From a virus (taxonomy: Duplodnaviria; Caudoviricetes), in IMG/VR virus record IMGVR_UViG_3300020365_000010, positions 1 through 64,000 of that record: DNA of 64,000 nucleotides, one strand, 5' to 3'. This document shows, one piece after another, positions 9,505-16,955 of the stretch. Both the position numbers and the translations under genes were made by a program. Under the pieces are notes generated by a model. That model had not been told where the DNA came from. It did no database searches and worked only from the letters and a program-made list of their open reading frames with translations. Each line of letters opens with the position of its first letter. Position 1 is the first letter of the stretch.

Positions 9505-10018
9505 TTACTTCCCAGATTGGATGGTGAAGCGTATAAGTCACGAGTTGGAAGTAATGCCCGTGACTTATACTAACTCACCATATCGTGACTTCGAACGTGC
9601 TAGATTCTTTGGATCATCTCTCATGGAGTATGATGAATTCAAAGATATTAAACCTTGGTGGTTTGTTGAGTATTTCAATCAATGTGTATACAATGACATT
9701 GAAACTAGCACTGTTGGTCATTGCTGCCGTGTGCTCCTTAATGCTCAATTACCTGGCATGAATGGTTGCAACCATTGTGATGCTGACACTGATGAATATC
9801 TCACGATTATATACATGGGACATGGACAATCTGGTGATACAGTGTTTGTCGATCCTGCTGACAATGAGATGGAGAGAGTATCATTTAAGGAAGGAAGATT
9901 AGTGATATTTCCATCACATATCTGGCACCGTGGCGAGGCACCGTCTCACGGTTATCGGGTGAGTCTCGGGGCAGTCTATCCTGTTGTGCCAATCGACGCC
10001 CTGTCCACTAACGGTTGA
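9476..10018 (+). CDS. 2OG-Fe(II) oxygenase superfamily protein
   Basis: NHCD (HxD), YMGHGQSGDTVF, GRLVIFPSHIWHRG..RVSL. Confidence 0.85.
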   Translation: MHKNVKVIDNYFPDWMVKRISHELEVMPVTYTNSPYRDFERARFFGSSLMEYDEFKDIKPWWFVEYFNQCVYNDIETSTVGHCCRVLLNAQLPGMNGCNHCDADTDEYLTIIYMGHGQSGDTVFVDPADNEMERVSFKEGRLVIFPSHIWHRGEAPSHGYRVSLGAVYPVVPIDALSTNG

Positions 10019-10066
10019 TCAGTGTCCGTTCTCGTGTATTCTATAGAAGTCAAAGGGATTCACGCC
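9986..10066 (+). promoter_or_regulatory. Early promoter cassette copy 2
   Basis: GTGCCA-ATCGACGCCC-TGTCCAC (9986-10008), AACGG/CCGTT stem, TATTCT at 10037, GTCAAAG leader. Confidence 0.7.
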
Positions 10067-10252
10067 ATGCGGACCACTAAAGCAGCAGCACTCCAACAGT
10101 TTCGCTACAACTGGAAAGTGTCAACTAAGGGCACGAAGTGGGAGACTGATAGCATTGCAAAGTCTGAAGCATGGGGTAACTTCACTGATCAACTTTGCAA
10201 GGAAGGTTACATCACTCTCAAACAATACGAGTCCTGGTCTAACCCTTTCTGA
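10067..10252 (+). CDS. Hypothetical early protein
   Basis: ATG 10067 downstream of the cassette. Confidence 0.7.
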   Translation: MRTTKAAALQQFRYNWKVSTKGTKWETDSIAKSEAWGNFTDQLCKEGYITLKQYESWSNPF

Positions 10253-10271
10253 TCATCCTTAATTAACAACA

Positions 10272-10511
10272 ATGACTGACTTTATCTGCGCCTACTTTGG
10301 TAAAGATTGGACCATTACTGCCCGTGGGTTTGAGTCTGCTAAGCAAGCAGAATCACATGGCAAGTTTATGATGCCAATCCCTGGATGTTTCGGTTTCGCT
10401 GTTATTTCAGAAGACCCAGATGCCTGGATTGTTTTTGATCAATTCAGCATGTTATCTGGCAAAGAGACTGTAACTCGCGACGATTTCAAAAACTTCACTG
10501 TTTCTTTCTGA
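10272..10511 (+). CDS. Hypothetical early protein
   Basis: 79-aa ORF. Confidence 0.7.
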   Translation: MTDFICAYFGKDWTITARGFESAKQAESHGKFMMPIPGCFGFAVISEDPDAWIVFDQFSMLSGKETVTRDDFKNFTVSF

Positions 10512-10678
10512 TGATTACTTCCAAGGCACAAATGATCAACGTCATGAAACAATGTGATGGCGCTGATACTCTCTCACGAGAGGAAAAGTTTCAGGTATTT
10601 GTGAGAGTCTGCGACAATATGTTGGAAGACGGTAGAATCACAAAGGCAAACCACACTAAATGGACAAATATGTGGTGA
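10511..10678 (+). CDS. Hypothetical early protein (not in ORF track)
   Basis: TGATG-coupled 55-aa ORF MITSKAQMINVMKQ...WTNMW; its stop is supplied by the cassette GTGA. Confidence 0.7.
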   Translation: MITSKAQMINVMKQCDGADTLSREEKFQVFVRVCDNMLEDGRITKANHTKWTNMW

Positions 10679-10753
10679 CAGTCGCCAAACCGTCTCACAG
10701 CGCCTTCTAGGTGCCTCTCCGTGCCCTATACTGACTTCAGTCAAGCGAATCCA
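10675..10753 (+). promoter_or_regulatory. Early promoter cassette copy 3
   Basis: GTGACA-GTCGCCAAAC-CGTCTCAC, GCGCCT/AGGTGC stem, TATACT at 10727, GTCAAG leader. Confidence 0.62.
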
Positions 10754-11005
10754 ATGCAACTCACTGCACAAGGCGGAAACATGGTTGTTGACTTCTATCC
10801 CGTCAAGTTTGCTGATGGGACTGTCAACAACCGTCACATGCTCAAAGTTGTAACTTTCATGGGCAAATCACAGTCCATGCGTTACATCAACAAGAAAGAT
10901 ATGAATCAAGAGATTGATTCTCGTGTCAATGCTTATAATTACGAAGTGACCGATATTCACACTGATTATCAACTCTTTAACTCTGCACTTTGCGCCGCTT
11001 GCTGA
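10754..11005 (+). CDS. Hypothetical early protein
   Basis: ATG 10754 (MQLTAQGG) after the promoter. Confidence 0.72.
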   Translation: MQLTAQGGNMVVDFYPVKFADGTVNNRHMLKVVTFMGKSQSMRYINKKDMNQEIDSRVNAYNYEVTDIHTDYQLFNSALCAAC

Positions 11006-11313
11006 TGCCTTTCCCTACTCTCTTTTCCATCGCTAAATCTACCTTGTCTCCTCAACAGTTGCAAACACTCAAAGAGAATTATTGTGACATGATTCTTGAT
11101 AACATGGACATGGATGATCTCATGGTTATGTGTTACGATCTCTTGCTTGATAATTATGAGAAACTCAATGAAGCAGAGGTAAAAGCAGAGATTCTTGATC
11201 TTTATGATCAGGAGACGTTAGATAGACTCATGCCTAAAGTTTCACCCTCTCAGGCACAAGAAGATCTCTATTCACAAGTTGTTGCATACAACGAGAATTA
11301 CGACGATCTCTGA
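11005..11313 (+). CDS. Hypothetical acidic protein
   Basis: TGATG-coupled ORF (MPFPTLF...). Confidence 0.68.
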   Translation: MPFPTLFSIAKSTLSPQQLQTLKENYCDMILDNMDMDDLMVMCYDLLLDNYEKLNEAEVKAEILDLYDQETLDRLMPKVSPSQAQEDLYSQVVAYNENYDDL

Positions 11314-11360
11314 TAGTATAATTACTCACAACTCTCCCCAATTCTTTTCATCATCTCATC

Positions 11361-11558
11361 ATGGATTACGACATCAACGAGAAAGAAACCTCCATCGATA
11401 ACATGGGCGATTCTTTACTCATTGCTCTGGAGAATGCTGTGAATAATGATAACTACGCCAATGCAGATGCTATTATGTCTGAATGGATTGTTGACGGTGT
11501 TGATCCTGTCGATGGAAATTATGAGTTTATCTTTATCCCTAATTTCACTCTCCAATGA
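11361..11558 (+). CDS. Hypothetical acidic protein
   Basis: 65-aa ORF. Confidence 0.65.
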   Translation: MDYDINEKETSIDNMGDSLLIALENAVNNDNYANADAIMSEWIVDGVDPVDGNYEFIFIPNFTLQ

Positions 11559-11734
11559 TGACAAAAGCAGAGAAAATCTTCCTAGCATTGCATCAAGTTG
11601 ACGGCATAGAAGCACTCGTCAAAGATCTAGACTATCAGCAGTATTTGACTGAAAAATGTATCAAATTGCGGTGCGAATTGAAGCGTCAACTATCACTAAT
11701 CAAGGCAGGCGACGACGCGGTGTTCGATCGGTAA
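11555..11734 (+). CDS. Hypothetical protein (not in ORF track)
   Basis: ATGA-coupled 59-aa ORF MMTKAEKIFLALHQ...AVFDR. Confidence 0.62.
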   Translation: MMTKAEKIFLALHQVDGIEALVKDLDYQQYLTEKCIKLRCELKRQLSLIKAGDDAVFDR

Positions 11735-11803
11735 GGTGTCCACCCCTGCCCTGATTCGGGCAGGATCCGTGCTTATAATGGTTGCATACCAAACAAAGCG
11801 ACA
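11720..11803 (+). promoter_or_regulatory. Early promoter cassette copy 4
   Basis: GTGTTCG-ATCGGTAAGG-TGTCCAC, perfect 7-bp stem CCTGCCC/GGGCAGG (11745-11764), TATAAT at 11774. Confidence 0.72.
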
Positions 11804-11992
11804 ATGCTTCTCACTGATTCCAAGTTCATCGACGCTCTCCGTCAACTGCCTCAATTCTTGTCTGAGACTGATGCTGACGTAGATATGGCATACGATTGGG
11901 TGTGTGAAATGTCACAACCTTTTGCACACGATGGTGCTGCATTCTCTTTCTTTTATGATGTTTATTGCGAGACCTTTGATCAGATGGCATAA
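11804..11992 (+). CDS. Hypothetical early protein
   Basis: 62-aa ORF directly after the cassette. Confidence 0.7.
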   Translation: MLLTDSKFIDALRQLPQFLSETDADVDMAYDWVCEMSQPFAHDGAAFSFFYDVYCETFDQMA

Positions 11993-12372
11993 TGCCTAAA
12001 TTCGATTCTCACTACTATTCTATCATCAAACAAATGCAAACTATCGACATTGATTACACCAAACGCCTTGATTCTTCAGCATATTGTGAAGATATCTGGA
12101 TTGAAGAAGATAGCATCTGGGTTGGCGAAAGGCGTCTCGCTGCTTTCACTATCACGGAAGATTATTCCAACGATGAAGGCAAATATCGTGTAAATTGCCG
12201 TCGCCAGATGACACTTGCTGATGGCGCACTATCTTACATCTACCCACGAATTGCTGGGTTTGATACTGTTGCTGAGTGCAAAGAATTCATCGTTGATTAT
12301 ATCAACGACCCTGTGTCTCAAGCAATCTTTAACGACCAACATCGTAAGTGCCTGGAGGTCCTATGCGCCTGA
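11992..12372 (+). CDS. Hypothetical early protein
   Basis: TAATG-coupled 126-aa ORF. Confidence 0.72.
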   Translation: MPKFDSHYYSIIKQMQTIDIDYTKRLDSSAYCEDIWIEEDSIWVGERRLAAFTITEDYSNDEGKYRVNCRRQMTLADGALSYIYPRIAGFDTVAECKEFIVDYINDPVSQAIFNDQHRKCLEVLCA

Positions 12373-12524
12373 TTCTTGCTGCTATTGTTATCATCATCGG
12401 CACCACAATTGGTGTCAACGCTATCAACGCTGTCTCAAACATGCAAGACGCTAAGATGACACGTTTCTGCAAATCTGCTCCCATTGGTGCTGGTTACGAT
12501 GAAATGTGTCGCGACTATCGTTAA
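12363..12524 (+). CDS. Small putative membrane/secreted protein (not in ORF track)
   Basis: 53-aa ORF MRLILAAIVIIIGTTIGV... with a hydrophobic N-terminus and a C-terminal Cys pair. Confidence 0.68.
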   Translation: MRLILAAIVIIIGTTIGVNAINAVSNMQDAKMTRFCKSAPIGAGYDEMCRDYR

Positions 12525-12525
12525 T

Positions 12526-12610
12526 GTGACAATCCACTAACCTGCACACCCTGCATCGCGATCCGTCGCGGTGTGGGGTTATAATCTTATCAACGACAAA
12601 CAAACGCACT
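12526..12610 (+). promoter_or_regulatory. Early promoter cassette copy 5
   Basis: GTGACA-ATCCACTAAC-CTGCACAC (spacer identical to copy 1), CGCGA/TCGCG stem extended by wobble pairs, TATAAT at 12580. Confidence 0.7.
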
Positions 12611-13849
12611 TTGATCACACTTCGCCCGCATCAGACTCGCGCCCTCGCTGCAATGAGCGCCGCTGATCATGGTCAAATTATTGTGCCAACTGGTGGTGGC
12701 AAAACTATCATCATGATCGAGCATTGTCGCCAACTGCTTAACAACGGTCCCCGCACCATTGTTGTTGTTGCTCCGCGCATTCTTCTCGCTAATCAACTCA
12801 GCGAAGAATTCTTGCAGTTTATTCCAACAACGTGGACACATGTAGCGCACTGCCACAGTGGTGAAACGCATCACTTCAGCACCACTAACAGCGACAAACT
12901 TGCTCTCTTCAATGATACTGCGCGGGCAGCAAATGAGTCCTGCATTATCTTCACTACCTACCACAGTCTGCGCCGTGTTGTTGATAGTGGCATCGACGTT
13001 GATGCTATCTATTTTGATGAAGCACACAATGCTTGCACTAAACATTTCTTTGTAAGTGTTGCTGCTATGAGTATGGTTGCAGTGCAAAAGTATTTCTTCA
13101 CAGCAACACCTCGCGTCAGCAATAAGCATGACCGTGGTATGAATAACCGTGAGATCTTCGGTCCCGTTCTTGAGAATGTCCCTGCTCCTGAGTTGATTCA
13201 AGGCGGTCACATTCTTCCCCCTACGATTGTCCCTTTCGAGACAGATCACGTCGTAGATAAGAAGAATCCTCACATGGTCCACAGTAACACTGTGCAGGAT
13301 ATTATTGATCAACTCGATGAGACTGACGCTGCAAAAGTGTTGGTTGCTGTGCCATCTTCGCGTGTGCTTGGTAACATCCTGGGTCACACAGATATTCTCT
13401 CTGAGTTGTCTGATCGTGGTTATGATGTGTTGCACGTCACCAGCAAGTTTGGTGCTTATGTAAACAAAACCAAAGTGTCGCGTGAGGTATTCTTTGACAC
13501 GCTGACTGCATGGGGTAAGGATAAGCAACGCAAATTTGTATTGTTTCACTATTCCATTTTGTCTGAAGGTATCAACGTGCCTGGTCTCACTCATTGCATC
13601 ATGCTCCGCAATCTTAACGTAGTTGAGATGGCACAAACGATCGGCAGAGTTATCCGTCTCGATAAGGACGACGCTGCTAAATTGCAGAGCGGTGAGATTC
13701 AACCACAGCAGTGGAGTTTGTATAACAAACCCACAGGATTTGTGACTGTCCCCGTTCATCGTAACTATGGCAAAGCAGTTATTAAGCGTTTGCAGCGTAT
13801 CACGGATGAAATCTTTGTAAAGGGCATCCCTGCCACCGCTCTCGTGTGA
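12611..13849 (+). CDS. Superfamily II DEAH helicase (ResIII-like)
   Basis: LRPHQ, PTGGGKT, DEAH, FTAT, LSEGINVP, QTIGRVIR; TTG start. Confidence 0.92.
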   Translation: MITLRPHQTRALAAMSAADHGQIIVPTGGGKTIIMIEHCRQLLNNGPRTIVVVAPRILLANQLSEEFLQFIPTTWTHVAHCHSGETHHFSTTNSDKLALFNDTARAANESCIIFTTYHSLRRVVDSGIDVDAIYFDEAHNACTKHFFVSVAAMSMVAVQKYFFTATPRVSNKHDRGMNNREIFGPVLENVPAPELIQGGHILPPTIVPFETDHVVDKKNPHMVHSNTVQDIIDQLDETDAAKVLVAVPSSRVLGNILGHTDILSELSDRGYDVLHVTSKFGAYVNKTKVSREVFFDTLTAWGKDKQRKFVLFHYSILSEGINVPGLTHCIMLRNLNVVEMAQTIGRVIRLDKDDAAKLQSGEIQPQQWSLYNKPTGFVTVPVHRNYGKAVIKRLQRITDEIFVKGIPATALV

Positions 13850-13902
13850 CGATCGGCGCGGTGTCCACTATCACCGCACAGCACCCCAAAATCGTGTATC
13901 TT
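13846..13902 (+). promoter_or_regulatory. Early promoter cassette copy 6
   Basis: GTGACG-ATCGGCGCGG-TGTCCAC (13846-13868), TATCTT at 13897 with the same 28-nt spacing as copies 1-3. Confidence 0.68.
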
Positions 13903-13960
13903 AAGGACATGGAGGGGCACACAACGACCGCCCCCCACAATCACTTCACTCTCAACTCTC

Positions 13961-14311
13961 ATGCGTAAGATCGAAAAGCAAATGTGCGCCGCTGTCCAAG
14001 GTAACAAGGACTGGCAGTCTGGCAACACTTCTGTGCATTTTGACGCTGAATCTGGCGTCTCTGTTGTGCGTCTCCACGGCAACAAGATCGCTGAGATTGA
14101 TGACACCTCCATGACGATTTTCGATGGTGGTTGGCAGACTGTCACCACAAAATCTCGTCTGAATGCACTTTGCGAAGAATTCTGCATCGCTGGCGAAGGT
14201 GTTTTCCAAAAGAATTATCAGTGGTTTGTGCGTAAGTTTGTTGGTCAATCTTCCATCACTGGTAAAGTCTTCAACGTCGATGATTTCACCAACGGTTACA
14301 CCTTCGCCTGA
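13961..14311 (+). CDS. Hypothetical early protein
   Basis: 116-aa ORF MRKIEKQM..LHGNKIA..GGWQTVTTKSRLNAL. Confidence 0.8.
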   Translation: MRKIEKQMCAAVQGNKDWQSGNTSVHFDAESGVSVVRLHGNKIAEIDDTSMTIFDGGWQTVTTKSRLNALCEEFCIAGEGVFQKNYQWFVRKFVGQSSITGKVFNVDDFTNGYTFA

Positions 14312-14313
14312 TC

Positions 14314-14502
14314 ATGTTTGCATCACTCTCTAAGAAAAGATCCAAATCCAATCTTCTCACAATTCACATGCGATTTCTTCTCTTAGTTGTTATCGGCGTC
14401 CTGATTTACAATAGCAACGACGCCCGCTTCTTTATCTCAGATCAACTCAACAATGCTTCTGAGATGATCCGCCCTGATGCACAATTTAACTTCCGTTATT
14501 GA
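14314..14502 (+). CDS. Small putative membrane protein
   Basis: Hydrophobic stretch RFLLLVVIGVLIY; the start may be the internal Met. Confidence 0.6.
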   Translation: MFASLSKKRSKSNLLTIHMRFLLLVVIGVLIYNSNDARFFISDQLNNASEMIRPDAQFNFRY

Positions 14503-14702
14503 TCATGAATCGTTACTGCATTGAAGTCGATCGAATCGAACCTAATGGCAGCATTTATCACCTTGTCCAATATAGAGAATTGAAACCCACTAAATCACTC
14601 AAAGCACACAAACTTCAACTCAACAAACTAACAACAAAGATTGAAGAAGAATTGCACTATTATCAAGTCCCATTTGAGCGATTTTCTGTGTCTATGGTAT
14701 AA
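14499..14702 (+). CDS. Hypothetical protein
   Basis: 67-aa ORF overlapping the previous stop. Confidence 0.62.
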   Translation: MIMNRYCIEVDRIEPNGSIYHLVQYRELKPTKSLKAHKLQLNKLTTKIEEELHYYQVPFERFSVSMV

Positions 14703-14703
14703 T
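14674..14703 (+). promoter_or_regulatory. sigma70-like promoter with extended -10
   Basis: TTGAGC-18-TATAAT with TG-n immediately upstream, 27 nt before ATG 14731. Confidence 0.6.
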
Positions 14704-14730
14704 AAGTAATAAGCACACTCATTAACAACA

Positions 14731-15360
14731 ATGTCTGATCTTTCCCCTAGTCTCACTGATAAAATTCAACATGAGACTTACGGATTATTTCCACTCCCTG
14801 TCACCAAATATACCAACCCTGATCATGACAAACACAAGGAAGATATTCTTAAGTGGATGTCACAACAAGAGTTAAAAGAGAAGCATGGTAGAGAAGCAAT
14901 CTGCCACAACATCACACAGGTAGGTGATAACAATGAATGCCTAACTGCATTGCCTTGGATTGCTGAAACTCTCATCACTGCTGTTAATCAACACAACACA
15001 AATGCACACCTGTTTAACACTAACTTCGCTATCCAAGATAGTTACTTAGAGATCGCAGATGTGCAAGCAATCTATGCACCACATGAGCACTCTAATTGTT
15101 TATTTTCTCTCACCTACTTCGTCAACTTTAACCCAGACCAACATTGTCCCATTAAGTGGAGACGAAACGTTGCCTCTAATTTCTATCCAGTCATGCAATT
15201 TGATTCCACAGGTTTCACACCTTACAACATGACCGAAGCAACATTCAACATTAAAGAGGGAGATATTATTATTCACCCCTCAAACATTACACATGGATTT
15301 GATGCTAACCCTACTGGCAATAGAATCACACTCACAGCACAAATCGTCCCAGTAGCATGA
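14731..15360 (+). CDS. Putative 2OG-Fe(II) oxygenase (TIGR02466-like)
   Basis: APHEHSNCLFSLTYF, GDIIIHPSNITHG..RITL. Confidence 0.82.
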   Translation: MSDLSPSLTDKIQHETYGLFPLPVTKYTNPDHDKHKEDILKWMSQQELKEKHGREAICHNITQVGDNNECLTALPWIAETLITAVNQHNTNAHLFNTNFAIQDSYLEIADVQAIYAPHEHSNCLFSLTYFVNFNPDQHCPIKWRRNVASNFYPVMQFDSTGFTPYNMTEATFNIKEGDIIIHPSNITHGFDANPTGNRITLTAQIVPVA

Positions 15361-15367
15361 CACTTAC

Positions 15368-15449
15368 TTATTCCACAGTTATTAACAAGTTTTCCACAAC
15401 ATTGCGCGTTTCTGTGGAATAAATTAAATGTCTAATTAAATATACTTTT
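15368..15449. other. Cluster of DnaA-box-like sites plus AT-rich tract (candidate origin)
   Basis: TATTCCACA 15369, TTATTAACA 15379, TTTTCCACA 15390, inverted TGTGGAATA 15413, followed by an AT-rich run. Confidence 0.5.
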
Positions 15450-15465
15450 GTGCTCTAAATGCCCT

Positions 15466-15473
15466 TATAAATA
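15466..15473 (+). promoter_or_regulatory. T4-type late promoter consensus
   Basis: Exact TATAAATA in an intergenic region. Confidence 0.5.
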
Positions 15474-15528
15474 TGCACACAAATCGTTGCCTCGGACTGT
15501 AACACATAAGGGCAAGGATTGCAAACAC

Positions 15529-15557
15529 TTGACAACACCTCCGAGATCCTCTACAAT
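15529..15557 (+). promoter_or_regulatory. Canonical sigma70 promoter
   Basis: TTGACA-17-TACAAT, 22 nt upstream of ATG 15580. Confidence 0.8.
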
Positions 15558-15579
15558 TCACTCAAGTCAACAAATCACA

Positions 15580-15753
15580 ATGGGACGGACTTACAAACGA
15601 AACGACCTCCACAACTCTCGTAGACCGAAAAGTATCAGAGAGAAACGTCAATTTAACGGTAGCAAAAAGACTACCAATTATGACAGTTATTCTGAGGACT
15701 ATTCCACCCGCTACGATAACAACAACACCAAGGAGGATTACACCCGTGAATGA
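15580..15753 (+). CDS. Small basic hypothetical protein
   Basis: MGRTYKRNDLHNSRRPKSIREKRQ...; the start is placed by the promoter. Confidence 0.68.
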   Translation: MGRTYKRNDLHNSRRPKSIREKRQFNGSKKTTNYDSYSEDYSTRYDNNNTKEDYTRE

Positions 15754-15859
15754 GATCGACACCGATTGGATTGATGACATGCTCGCTGAGGATTGCCCCG
15801 AGTATGATGACCTAACTGAAGAAACACTTAGTGACACCTACCTGGGAGAATACCAATGA
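15746..15859 (+). CDS. Very small acidic protein
   Basis: GTG-start 37-aa ORF MNEIDTDWIDDML... coupled by ATGA to the next ORF. Confidence 0.45.
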   Translation: MNEIDTDWIDDMLAEDCPEYDDLTEETLSDTYLGEYQ

Positions 15860-16020
15860 AGACTATTCAACTCGCCACACATCCCCCAGTAAATATCAAG
15901 ATCTGGGAGAAGAGTAGGAAATACTTTTGGGCATACGATTACGATGGTTGTCCTAAGTATGGTCCATTCAAATCACAGCAGCAAGCACACACCGACGCAG
16001 TTGCATTCTCTGAAGCATGA
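15856..16020 (+). CDS. Hypothetical protein (not in ORF track)
   Basis: 54-aa ORF MKTIQLATHPPV...GPFKSQQQA, ATGA-coupled on both sides. Confidence 0.62.
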   Translation: MKTIQLATHPPVNIKIWEKSRKYFWAYDYDGCPKYGPFKSQQQAHTDAVAFSEA

Positions 16021-16238
16021 GTGACACTTACGGAGCAAAGATTGCCTCTATTCCTGATAGTCTAGAGGCATACCTTGACTTATACGATGAGGGACAATTA
16101 CCACCCGATGAGCAAGTCAAACTAGCACAGAGTTTGATTGACTTAGACCTTGACGATTATCTCACACAGTATCAACCACTATGTGATTATTTCATCGCTG
16201 AGGGTCTATGTTATGATGTAGAGGTAGGCGACACTTAG
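16017..16238 (+). CDS. Hypothetical acidic protein
   Basis: 73-aa ORF. Confidence 0.7.
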   Translation: MSDTYGAKIASIPDSLEAYLDLYDEGQLPPDEQVKLAQSLIDLDLDDYLTQYQPLCDYFIAEGLCYDVEVGDT

Positions 16239-16363
16239 GACAGTGTTTTGCGTCATGTTGTTGATGCCGCCGAAGGCGGTATATAAAAAAGGTATACTTC
16301 CCTAACCTACAACAGTATCCTATCGCCTTCGAGATACTATTCATATTAAAAAATTTTTCCAGG

Positions 16364-16825
16364 ATGAAAATACGCCCCACAAGATTTCCAAGATACGAGG
16401 TAAGTGACACTGGAGAAGTGTATAGAGATGGAGAGTATCTCAAAGCACATCCCAGGGGTAAACTTACGAAGGTTAATGATTCCCGCTATATGGCGGTGAA
16501 TATTCAAACATTGGATGAGGAAAGCGGTAAGAAGCGATATAGCAAAGAATATGTGCATCGCCTAGTTGCCGAAGCATTCATACCAAATCCAAATAATCTT
16601 TCTGATGTGGATCACATTGATTGTAATAAAAGCAATAACCATGTGAGTAATCTCCGATGGGTTTCACGGGAGGAAAACATGGCAAGGAATCGAAAACCGA
16701 AAGGGACGATACGCAAACGCAAAAGTTATTATATATCTGATGGAGAGGGAAATTGGACCTTGATTCCAAAGGAAGACCACGCCAAGTATGGTATCACTAA
16801 TGAAACTAAGAAAACCAGTGACTGA
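16364..16825 (+). mobile_element. Freestanding HNH homing endonuclease (NUMOD4 + HNH_3)
   Basis: YEVSDTGEV (NUMOD4-like); YVHRLVAEAFIPNP..DVDHIDCNKSNNHVSNLRWVS. Confidence 0.9.
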
Positions 16826-16955
16826 TTATATTGCTCCTAAGGTAACTACAACTCCTTGGGAGCAATTTCAATATATCGCTATAACACTCTCAGAGACCCT
16901 CAGGATCGCCTGTAGCAGCGTCCTACAACGTATTAGGAGACTTAGTAAGGTATGA
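16800..16955 (+). CDS. Hypothetical protein (not in ORF track)
   Basis: 51-aa ORF MKLRKPVTDYIAP..., ATGA-coupled to NlpC/P60. Confidence 0.5.
   Translation: MKLRKPVTDYIAPKVTTTPWEQFQYIAITLSETLRIACSSVLQRIRRLSKV

Noticed and set aside
11282-11322. Extra promoter at TATAAT 11317
   Set aside because: No correctly spaced -35, extended -10 or cassette motif; too weak to call.
12590-13759. 389-aa minus-strand ORF (also 36228-37265, 39141-40076, 7330-7926 and many other antisense ORFs)
   Set aside because: They shadow strong + strand genes. Biased codon usage removes antisense stops, and they have no motifs, RBS or promoters.
7266-13902. Repeated 23-bp motifs as a CRISPR array
   Set aside because: The copies are degenerate and separated by 0.7-2.7 kb of genes, not unique ~35-bp spacers; there are no cas genes.
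15448-15579. N-terminal extension of ORF 15448-15753 (likewise the extended starts at 1572, 3400, 7892, 9000, 10022 and 10721)
   Set aside because: The extensions run through promoters or upstream genes; downstream ATGs fit the promoter and coupling signals.
16267-16290. GCCGCC-GAA-GGCGGT hairpin as a Rho-independent terminator
   Set aside because: No U-tract follows it on either strand; it is kept only as part of the unexplained non-coding element.
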